From Coniocarpon cinnabarinum (Eukaryota): 55,571 nucleotides of DNA. The DNA lies in the NCBI GenBank assembly GCA_051942205.1, contig JAVECO010000159.1, positions 1 to 55,571 of the forward strand, in the 5' to 3' direction. Each line of letters opens with the position of its first letter. The stretch's first letter is position 1. The notes beneath the pieces are model-generated. The model saw only the letters and a program-made list of their open reading frames with translations, was not told the origin of the DNA and did not search any database. Below, one piece after another: positions 24,388-34,594 of the stretch. A program made the position numbers and the translations under genes.

Positions 24388-26118
24388 ATGCGCCGAGTGT
24401 CGCTGGCATGCCTCCAGTCCAGACAATATCGCAGCACCGCTCGACGACAATTTGATCGACAGGTCCAGGACGTGGTGCAGGGTGACCTTGGAGCGACTCT
24501 CGAGGCTCATCGAGCGTCCAATCTCAAAACCCGCATTCGCAAGATTAATGAGAATCCACAATTCCATGGCTGGCGTCAAGTTACAGACGAACTCCACAAC
24601 TCACGGCAGACCGCACGGAGACGGAAAGATGCGGCTCGGGAGACACATGCGAGATACAATCCGTCTCTAGAGCCGTACGATGATGCTCCTGAGAATGGAG
24701 CGCGTGCCGAAGAAGAGCAGGAGAAGCTTGAGAATGCTCACTCGCGGTCTCAAGCGCCATCGGAGAAGGTGAAGCACTTGCGTGAGAACAAGGAAGCAAA
24801 GGACATCAGCAGCGCGTTGGCGTATGGCGATTATATACCACCGCACTGGTACGCGGATCGATCGACTTTCCGCCCTTATGCTCCGAGTACCATACTTGCA
24901 GAGCAAATCACTGGCGAAGAAAAGTAAGGATATACCGGAGCAGAAGCAGACGAATGGCTGACACAGGCAAGGCTTGAAAAGCTTCTACGTAATCTTGTGC
25001 GCTTCCTCGGCCTCACAGACGAGGAGGTCGCCATGCGCACTCAGCTGGTTACGGCCATGACGATGCAGTTCCAGAAACCTGTCAAAAACGTCAAGTTCGT
25101 CCAAGTAGAGCCGATTGACGTCACGCTGGCCACGCCACTGTCGAGGTTCTCCCTTGTGCTCACGCAGGCAAACAGCACAGCGGAATTGCACAGCAAAGTT
25201 TTGAAAGACCTGAATCAGCGCAAGCTCATGCGTATAAAGCAGCATATCTTGCACATGCCGTCGATTCAAGATGTTGACATTTCCAAATCTAGTGGCATTC
25301 ATACTATTTTTCTCCGACATAGCTTGTCCGACATGCCAATCACCATTACGACCAAGCCTGCAAGCAGCAGTCAAATGTCCTTAGTAAAAAGCTGGCTGGA
25401 CGAGTATGAGATTCTCCGCCCTATCTACCTCATCATCAAGACAGCCCTCGAAGTTCGTGGGTTGTCCGATCCTAGTACCGGAGGACTGGACTCCTACTCC
25501 TTGCTTTGCCTGCTTGTCTACTTTCTGCGTCTCGCAAATATCTCTTCACACGCCGACTCTACGTCTCTCGGCACAACACTCTGCGACGTCCTCGATTTCT
25601 ACGCCCATTTCAACACGCGCGAAAATTGCATCGCCTTGGATCCACCTTCCATGTTCAAAAAGCGCGGCCCACACACCACGCCCTCGTTCGCCGTACGCAA
25701 AGTCTTAGAAGAGAACGAGCTCCTCTACTGGCAGCACGAAATGTCGCTCGTCAATACGTCAAAGCCATGGCTACTCACCCTTCAGGATCCCAACAACATG
25801 AGCGTTGACCTTGGTCAAGGCTGTAATCGCATCATGGACATACGCATGACGTTCCGCGTGCTGTCGCAGCGTCTGCGCTCGTGGTTGAGTGGAACTCCGC
25901 AGCGGCAGGAGGAGGACCCACTGCCGCCCTTCTTTGGGCGGATGTTGGGGCTCGTGCGGGATCGGCGGAAGCAAGGGTTGCGGTGGGCGAGGTTGCCCGG
26001 AACGAGGAGAGTCGCCGTGGGGCCAATGAAGCGGACAAGGTTTCGGAGACTTACGGATGCACAGGTGGAGGCGTATCAGCAGCATCAGGAGATGGAAGAG
26101 CAAGAGGTCAAGGGATAG
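24388..26118 (+). CDS. Trf4/Cid14-like non-canonical poly(A) polymerase-fold protein with probable mitochondrial presequence; catalytic motifs degenerate
   Basis: Intron 24924-24971 joins the two ORFs in frame. LRPIYLIIKTALEVRGL..TGGLDSYSL, LG..L.D.LDFY and LTLQDPNN..VDLG match the PAP-associated region. Confidence 0.75.
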
Positions 26119-26510
26119 TCTCTTGCTGTTGTGGATATGCACGCTGGCGACACGATGAGCAAAGAGTCTTACCATAGACGATACTGATGACATCCTCCAT
26201 CCCGTAAGCGACTGATGTTGCTAATCGAAGCGAGGGACTCTGTGACCCGGAAAAAGTTGCCACAGCACTCACCTTAAAAGGCACGATTGACGTCGATGCT
26301 CGTACGTACCAACGTAGATCATCACATTGACGACGTAATCGTCATATAGGATTGTACGCTATCGATCATACGGTTAGAGCCATCCCAGATTCTTTGCTTA
26401 CAGGTAAGACTTGAATTTCGAAAAGGCGCCTCACACCGTCAGCAGGAAAAGCCTGCAATCAGAATGCCGTCGAGTGTCTAAAGGAATACTAATGCAGGGG
26501 TTGAGAGGGG

Positions 26511-26676
26511 GCAAGGGTCTCAAGGGAGAGCAATAGCCGCACGATAATTCAGCGTCTCGCAAGCTCTAAACGGGATTCGCCGTTGTACTGAAAATCTCGT
26601 GAACTGGATTGTGCTTACCCTACCGGCTCGTCGCCTAGACTGAAAACCGGCAACGACTTTTGTCTGAGATCCTTGC
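26511..26676 (-). mobile_element. ~166-bp MITE-like repeat, inverted copy E (best-preserved TIRs)
   Basis: Ends GCAAGGGTCTCA ... TGAGATCCTTGC form an 11/12 inverted match. The interior reverse-complements to GACAAAAGTCGTTGCCGG..GGCGACGAGCC..TAAGCACAAT..GTACAACGGCG..CGAGACGCTGAATTATCGTGCGGC. Confidence 0.75.
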
Positions 26677-27339
26677 TGTTGCGGAGGGTCTTGTAGACGG
26701 AGACATCGTGCAGCTACAGAAATTCGCTGTCCGGAACAACTCATCTGAAAGTCTTTGTATCGCTAACATGCTTACGCAACACGCACACCTGTGTGCGCTT
26801 CGAATTCTGTCGAAGAGCCCGCCAACATCTCCCATCGTGGGTAATAGGAAGCCGATGGACAAAGGGACCTTGCAAGGACGATGACACCAGGATATTTCGA
26901 TGAGCTATCGGCTATATGCAATCATGCAAGCCTTCTCGACCCAGAAATCGCCAGCTGTGGGTCCATCGTCTAGCGGGTGCAGGAATTTAAGAGAAACCTG
27001 AAATTTAGACAAGCAAGTTTTTGCGAAGTCGGGTCGATGTGGAGCTGCGTCGATCAGACAAGAGAACATTTATGAGGGCCTCGACAGCTGCACTATCTGG
27101 CAGCCGTATAAATATGTGAGAGGAACATATATGTATTTTCTTTCTAGATACTATTAGGCTACTTTCTGGGCCTTCTAACGATACTCTCGATCTCATCTAC
27201 CGGAACGGCGTGTCTTCATATCTGGGGGTGGTTCGTGTCAGGATGAAAGTTTACGTTGACCAGTTTGAGAGAGGTGGATTTCCGTATCCCAATTGTAGAG
27301 TCTAGTGCTGCTGCTGTCTGGGATGCAAAAACTTCGAGT

Positions 27340-28803
27340 CTAGTCCATTGTGAAGTCTGCATAAGGAGGACCGAGGTCCACACCTGAACCAGAGTATTGT
27401 GATACCCACTGCCTGTTCGGGTTTTCATCCACCTCGACAAGCTGGTACAGCGGAGTGGTTGAAGGCGGTTTGGCTCGCGAATACAGGGTGAAGTTGACGT
27501 TGTGCTTGGCACAAACATAAGCCACGGCGAACCATTCCTCGTCCCAAGCAAGATCTTCTCTGTTTGCGACTTGGTTTTCATGGATGTGGCACGTGATGTT
27601 ACGTAGCTTCGGAAAGCGACCGCAATGCGCAACGAGGGCTACGGCAATAACGACATTGTGATTGAAATACTCTGAGTATGACTCCACATGATGAAAGTGC
27701 AACTCCTCGAGATTGGTCGGAAGGGATAATGCAACATATTCTGGACCGTCAGTGTGCGAGACTTCTTGAATTGCGATGCGCAAATAAGACAATTTTTCGA
27801 AGTTAGCAAGTGAGCCAACCATGTTTGCTTCAATCCCAATAATTACTTCAGCCCGACTTTCATCCTCGGGAAGTGATTGTTGATTGGGCAAGAGCAGAGT
27901 CAGTTTTTCGAGAGTGTGAGAAAATCTTTGAATGACGCTTCCCAGCTCAGGATTCCATGAGCTCATACCAAACCATTCGCAACTAATGTGCAAGACTCTC
28001 AATATGCTAAAGCACCGCAGAAGACCTGTGATACGAGCAAGTAACGATGAACAGTCCTCGTGAGTAGCTATATCCTTGGTGAAGAAAAGTGTCAGGTGAG
28101 AGATCTGGTTAATAGGCGGTGGAAACATTGGTGATGGATCCAAATAATTGGGGTAGACGGCATGAATTGGCGACAGGTTCAAATCGCGTATTGCTACTTT
28201 GTCTATGCTGGGCAGATTAGTCAGAGTCACGAAGTCATCCAGAGGGACTGAATCGTGTTCTTCGAAACTGATACTATTCAAACCGTCTCTGCGGCCTAGT
28301 TGGGACGGGTTAAGTGCAATCTCAGTGAGATAGGCAAGTGGTGCTTCTTTCCTGCGGACCGGATCCACTGACCGAGGCAGGATGTCTTGAAGTGGCTTTA
28401 AGCTGTTGGAGCCGAGACGTGTCACATGTGGCGTTACCAAGAGCACGCGACTTAATGCTTCAGCCCCAGCACTGAAGTTGTGAATGCACTTCACCTGCAC
28501 AGAATGAACGCGGATCGCAAGATCCTTTCGTGCTTCCAAAATGCGCGCGAGTTTCCTCAACGCATCAGGCTGTAGCTTTGCACCATCGAGATGAACATGT
28601 CGGTACAGCGCAGGCTGGACTAACCGGCTCCAAGCGGAGCTGGTCAATGCCAAACTCACGCATACTGATTGAAAGTGAGATTGCGGGATGAGATCCAAGA
28701 TGTGGAGTGCTATCTCTGGGGGCAGTGTCTCAAGGGCAGAGAAACGCCGCTGAGTGTGCAAAGCCATTTGTGCATTTGCTGACACCACGTTGCGAAGATG
28801 CAC
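27340..28803 (-). CDS. F-box-like protein with LRR/RNI-like repeats, intronless
   Basis: N-terminal F-box pattern LETLPPEIALHILDLI..SLALTSSAWSRLVQPALYRHV; recurring LxxLxL motifs (LRVLHI, LEKLTL, LSYLRI, LEELHF); 487-codon ORF. Confidence 0.75.
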   Translation of the reverse strand: MHLRNVVSANAQMALHTQRRFSALETLPPEIALHILDLIPQSHFQSVCVSLALTSSAWSRLVQPALYRHVHLDGAKLQPDALRKLARILEARKDLAIRVHSVQVKCIHNFSAGAEALSRVLLVTPHVTRLGSNSLKPLQDILPRSVDPVRRKEAPLAYLTEIALNPSQLGRRDGLNSISFEEHDSVPLDDFVTLTNLPSIDKVAIRDLNLSPIHAVYPNYLDPSPMFPPPINQISHLTLFFTKDIATHEDCSSLLARITGLLRCFSILRVLHISCEWFGMSSWNPELGSVIQRFSHTLEKLTLLLPNQQSLPEDESRAEVIIGIEANMVGSLANFEKLSYLRIAIQEVSHTDGPEYVALSLPTNLEELHFHHVESYSEYFNHNVVIAVALVAHCGRFPKLRNITCHIHENQVANREDLAWDEEWFAVAYVCAKHNVNFTLYSRAKPPSTTPLYQLVEVDENPNRQWVSQYSGSGVDLGPPYADFTMD

Positions 28804-29468
28804 ACATGGAGTGAAGGAAATGAAAAGACAAAAACGTTACGGAGCGGAACATTGAAGGATAGGTAACAACCTGAGCAGCAACCCGGCGGCTCCGATGATG
28901 TCAGGCGTGAGTACATCCCGACCGCCTCCCCTCAGCGAGCGACTGACTGGCACCCGCAAGATAGATATTCCGTACGAAGTAGCAAGAGAAGAGATGGTGG
29001 CGAAGAAAGGAAGTCGCAACCCCGGTCTTGAATGTAAACAAACCAAAGGTTTCGATGTTCATGCGTCATGTGGCACTCTCACCCAAAATCGCAATCCTTT
29101 GTAGTATTACTGCTCATCAACCACACATTAGAAATAACTTCAACTGCACTATAGTAGAGTGTAGATTCTACACTTTATATTAATACTAATTTTCAAATAA
29201 GAACCATTGTTATAAGAAAATGATTGGCTTTCATAAACTATGCCCGGCGAAGCTAGAAGTAGTCAACCGCGTGCCCCCTGTAGATTTCAGGGCACTGCGG
29301 GAGCGAGCTTGGGGGCCGCGGAGATAGAGAGCGGCTATCTCCGTGGGGCCATTCGTGCCATCCAATGGCATCACTCCTCGGCAGGACGAAGCAAACAGCA
29401 ATTACATGCTTAAGATGCTGATGAGAGGTTGTTTGACATGACCATGCTATTAGCCCTTCGCAGCCATC

Positions 29469-32400
29469 ATGGATGCGAATGTGCAGAAGCTTCTGACCGA
29501 CAAGTTGTACGAGAAGAGGCGGACCGGTGCACTTGAGTAGGTCTGGCCGTCCTATCTCATCTGAAATCAGCGTATTAACAGTGCTATCTAGGCTGGAAAA
29601 GCTCATACGTGATACGGTCAATGCCGGCAACAACGACCGCATCCACAAAATTGTCGACCAGCTCTGCCATGACTTTGCCTATGCCGTCCACCAGCCCTAC
29701 GCTCGCAATGGAGGCCTCATTGGTCTTGCCGCAGCCTCAATCGCCTTGGGGCCGGATGTTGCACCCTACTTGAAGCAGGTCATTCCCCCGGTGCTTGCCT
29801 GCTTCAATGACCAGGATGCGCGGGTCCGCTACTATGCCTGCGAGAGCATGTACAACATCGCCAAGACCTGCAAGGGCGAGATTCTCCCGTACTTCAATGA
29901 GGTCTTTGATGCTATGGCAAAGGTATGACCACTTCCGACTTGCTATCCTCAGGCTATGCTCAACTCCTGTTGCCGAGCGAGCGTGTTGCTGATTGAAGAT
30001 TGACTCACAGCTGGCGGCTGATAATGAACTCTCAGTGAAAAACGGCGCCGAACTTCTTGATCGCCTCATCAAAGACATTGTTTCGGAATCCGCGACCACC
30101 TACGTTTCCATCGTCCACCCACCAGAGCGTTCAGTCGAGGAGCGTGAGAATGTCGAGGGCAAAGATGGCGTCTTTCTCCCCACCGCCTTTTCCTTGCCAA
30201 GGTTCATACCACTTCTCACAGAACGTGTCAATGTCCTCAATCCTTATACAAGAACATTCTTAGTGCAGTGGATATCTATTCTAGACTCCATCCCCGACTT
30301 AGAGCTTGTGTCATACCTACCGTCCTTTCTTGGCGGTCTCTTTCGCTTTCTGAACGACCCGAGCGAAGACGTCGTCACTCAGACGCAGGAATTGCTTGAA
30401 AAGTTCTTGAGTGAGATTAAGCAGATAGCAAGAGTCAAAAAGGTGGTGGCCGAGAACAAGCTGTTGTCGCAAGAAGCTGACCACAACCTATCAAGACCTC
30501 AGTCCCAACCACAATCAGGACCACGCCCTGACCACGCCACGCAGCAAGACGCTGCGGATGATATCTTGGCTCACGAAGTAGATCAGCACGCCCATATCCA
30601 GTCACCAGTGGAGGCTGAAGGCGAAGAGGTCACAAGTGACTCAGACGCAGTTGTTAGCCATGCTGCAGAGGAACTCGAGGATGACTTTATGCCAGGCCAG
30701 GATGTCTTTGTCAACCATCCTCGCATACTTGAAGTGGTGATAGCGTTCTTGCGAGATCCGTCAGAACATGTTCAGGTTACTGCCCTGCGCTGGATTGATG
30801 GATTCTTCGATATCTCACCGGACGACATTATGCCTCACGTTCCCGAGCTGCTCAACCAAGTACTTCCAGCGTTGTCTAGCGACAGCCTTCAGGTCTGCAA
30901 AGCCGCGACACGGGTCAACGAGGCTTTGATGTCCTACATCATTGAAATCAAGGATGAGGAAGAGCTCAAGAAAGCAAGCGACCCCACGCCACTGCCCGTG
31001 GTACCTGATATCAAAGACACGCCACATCGGCGTGTGGGGAGCGATCTTGCTGGTGCTGAGAAGGCTCCTCCGCAGGAGGAATCTACCATTGCCACCGGCT
31101 CTAAGCAGCCATCCAGACAACCTTCTCCACCTAAATCAACCGAGGTTGATTTGACACTCAAGCCAAGAGTATCATTAGACTACGACGAAGCAGTAAATGC
31201 CTTGACACAGCAGTTCTTAAATCAGAACGAAGCGACACGAGCAGCTTCACTGAGCTGGTTACTCATGCTGCAGAAGAAGGCGCCTCGAAAGGTCCTTGCT
31301 GCACATGATACAACTTTTCCTGCTTTACTGAACACTCTCGCTGACACTTCGGACACTGTGGTCACTCGAGACTTGCAATTACTGTGCCAGATCTCCAAAT
31401 ACAGCAGTGACACCTATTTCTCGTTCTTCATGGTGAAGCTTTTGGAGTTGTTTGCCAGTGACAGACGTTTACTGGAAACGAGGGGCAATCTTATTATTCG
31501 TCAACTTTGTCTCAATCTCGATCCCGAGCGCATCTACCGTAACATGGCTGGATGTCTTGAGAATCACAGTGTAGGCCATCTTGGTATGACAGCGTAAGAC
31601 CTCATTACTGACATCATCAGGACCCAGAGTTTGCGAGTACAATGGTGCAGAATTTAAACAACAATCTCATCACTGCACCCGAACTCATCCACCTTCGCAA
31701 GAAGCTGAGGTACACCTGGGACTCGCGAGTAGGATATTGAGATCTTTAAAGCGTGCGAAACGTGACTAACGGATCACAGGAAGGACAGACGCTGTTCGTC
31801 GTTCTCTTCAGGGCTTGGTGTCAAAATGCTATTTCAACTGTGGCTCTTTGTCTCTTGGCACAGGCATACGAGCAAGCCTACAACCTTCTAAGCATCTTGT
31901 TGGTACCCACGCTGCCCTTAGAAGCTCTGTGAGACTGATGAGCTCCCAGTGCCGACATCGAAGTCAATGTGAACATGCTCATTCAACTGGACAAACTCGT
32001 CCAGCTCCTTGAATCACCTGTATTCACATGTAAGTGCGTTTCTTCATCCTCATACTTACGGACACACCTGACCAGGACAGTTCTTCGCCTTCAACTTCTA
32101 GAGCCAGACCGTCACCCCCATTTGTACAAAACCCTTTACGGCATCTTGATGCTTCTTCCCCAATCCGCCGCCTTCGCCGCTCTAAAGAACCGCCTCAACT
32201 CCGTCTCCGCAATCGGATATCTCCACGTCCCACAACCTCCACCGATGCGCGGCTCCATCGGCGGAGCCGCCACAACAGGCGCTGCACCCTCCACCACTCC
32301 AACTGCACCCACCTTCGAGCGTGCACCAAGCCGTCTCAAAACCAAAGACGAAGGAGGCATCCGATGGTCCGACCTCCTCGGTCGCTTCCGCGAAGCGCAG

Positions 32401-32688
32401 GAAAAAGGCCGGCGAGCCTCTCGCCAAGCTGTTTCGAGCGAGGAGGAGCAAGGCGATACAACGCCGCCTGGTGGCCATGCCGTTGCGGAGCCGAGGCGCT
32501 TACTTGGACCGACCACGGCGGATCAGTTGCAGAGGAGTAAGACGAGTCCGGCTATCGGACCCGAGGGGCAGAGAGGTAGCGTAGGTGGTGTTGGAAGAGA
32601 GTCTCCCGTGCCTGAGAAGGAGAAGAAGAGTCGTTTTAGTGCGGGGAGGTTTGGGAAGGTCGTTGGTGTCAGGGGCCAGAAGAGGTGA
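29469..32688 (+). CDS. VAC14: Vacuole morphology protein Vac14, HEAT-repeat scaffold of the Fab1/Fig4 PI(3,5)P2 complex (multi-exon)
   Basis: MDANVQKLLTDKLYEKRRTGAL; RNGGLIGLAA; DARVRYYACESMYNIAK; VKNGAELLDRLIKDIV; MVQNLNNNLITAPEL; QLDKLVQLLESPVF; YGILMLLPQS. Confidence 0.96.
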
Positions 32689-33141
32689 TGGCCTACATAC
32701 GATGCTGTGGTGGGGAGATGAGAAGGGTGTGCAAGGTGCAGATGCGGTCGAAAAAGCCTTGGATGGAAATGTGCATTGGCTGGTGTTTATGACATTGAAA
32801 TGGGGACGAAAACGTGTATGATTTGTCCTCTGTAGTTTCTGCGAGGCGTCAGGGACGGTATTGTTGATAGAAGAACCTGTCAATTTTCACGGATAGGGTC
32901 CCTTTGCGACCTCTGGAGAAATGCACAATTCACTGGCTTGATGTCTGAGGGTCCGTTTGCTATTTGTCGTAGAACTGTTATTATATTCGACCAGTGATTC
33001 CAGGTTTTCGATGGGAGAGTTGGCTCTATAAGAGGTGGACTCACTACTGTCGACTTTATCACGCTCGAGTCGTACAATTTCCCTTCATCTTCCATATCTT
33101 TTACACGCGTAATCGTACAATCCATCACGCAGGTCGCTGCC

Positions 33142-34386
33142 TCAGTCTCTCGTCCACGCGACTTTGCCATCTTTGCCTATCGTCGCATAAGTTACATGCT
33201 CCTCGTGCTTTACTCCTCCCTTTTTCTCCACCACCCCTCGGTCCTCTTCTCTTCTACCTCGTCTCTCAGCTTCACTCAAACTCTTTTGCAAAGTCCCCGC
33301 CGGACTGTCCGCCCATTCTCGGACCTCCCGCTCATCCATCGAGTCTCTCACACCGCTCACCACGCCGCCCGGCCGTCCCTGCACCACGACCGTGCCTGGT
33401 CCTCTTAACCTCAAGAAAACACGCTCACCCCACATCGCGACTCTTAGCCACTGCCGTAACCTGAAGAGAACGCGACCAAGGAAGAGGAACGTCCGCGATT
33501 CGCGAACCGCCTTGATGAACTGCGTTTCAGGCAGATACTCACCTAAACTCGGAATCGCCAGTCGTAATCGCGTATGCGAAAGTCGATAGGGCGACGGTGC
33601 ATTCGACGAAATCGAATAAGCGACCACGTGCGACGGATGCGCCAGATACTCCTCTCCCTCTTTTAGCCTGACTTCAAATGCACCACCCCGTGCCGTCAAA
33701 GCTACAAGACCTCGTCCCGTAACGGTCTGCTGGATCCAATTCGCGACTCCCGGTGTCGAAGTCGAAAAATGCGAGGAGATGCTTAGACTTGATCGGGAAC
33801 CGGACCAAGCTACTAGGCTTTGTGGTCTGAATATCCGCCAGTCGATGCGGCCGTCGAGTGAGAGGACGAGGAATGATCCAGATGAGGGAGAGGAAAGGAG
33901 GAGATTGATTGGCGAGGTCGCGGTGAGTCGCTGGAAGAGAAATGGCAAGCCTAATGCGCCTCGTCGAAATGGCTGGAGTGGTGAGAGCGTTGATGTTGTA
34001 TGATGAGCTGGACCTGAGAAAGAAAGGAGAGTTCCGCGACGTGTGTGGAGGGGCTGGGAGGCGGAGAGGGATATTGAGAGGAGATTTGAGTTTGCGCCGA
34101 GGGTCGTAAAGGTTGCGGAGGGCGTTGAAGCTGTAGGATCGTGGAGGATGTGTGTTGATTCGGGTATTGACAAAGATGTCGTCGGTTCGAGGGTTGTTGT
34201 CGTAGAAGAGGGACTAGTGGTTGTGGATGTTGCGGTGGGAGTTGTGCGGATGGTGAAAGGGCGGATGGTTTTAGGGACGCGTTGAAGACGTTTAGATGAA
34301 CTGGATTGTGGATGAAAGACTCGTATAGGCAGGAGACATGAGGGACAGCATGTTGGCGACGGAAACCTGGCCGCTCGAGGCGGCAT
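33142..34386 (-). CDS. AIM24: Mitochondrial AIM24-family protein
   Basis: Basic, hydroxylated presequence; LLSISLSASQPLHTRRGTL, PFLFQRL, LDGRIDW, VTGRGLVAL, YLAHPSHVVAY, FLRLRGPGTVVVQ. Confidence 0.8.
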   Translation of the reverse strand: MPPRAARFPSPTCCPSCLLPIRVFHPQSSSSKRLQRVPKTIRPFTIRTTPTATSTTTSPSSTTTTLEPTTSLSIPESTHILHDPTASTPSATFTTLGANSNLLSISLSASQPLHTRRGTLLSFSGPAHHTTSTLSPLQPFRRGALGLPFLFQRLTATSPINLLLSSPSSGSFLVLSLDGRIDWRIFRPQSLVAWSGSRSSLSISSHFSTSTPGVANWIQQTVTGRGLVALTARGGAFEVRLKEGEEYLAHPSHVVAYSISSNAPSPYRLSHTRLRLAIPSLGEYLPETQFIKAVRESRTFLFLGRVLFRLRQWLRVAMWGERVFLRLRGPGTVVVQGRPGGVVSGVRDSMDEREVREWADSPAGTLQKSLSEAERRGRREEDRGVVEKKGGVKHEEHVTYATIGKDGKVAWTRD

Positions 34387-34594
34387 GGCGATGAATGAGC
34401 GAATGCAGTGGGTTAAATGCCTATGTTCAATGGGCAAATGTCAAGAGAAGGTTGTATATCAGATTACCCGGCCGGCACCTCGGCTCCGAGAAGCTCGACA
34501 TCGGACGGACAAAGCTCGCATCATCCGTTCCTCGTCTTTATTAAGAAGGGTGGAAGGCTAAGAGTTCTGCTCTGAAACTCTTTGAGCGACCAGA

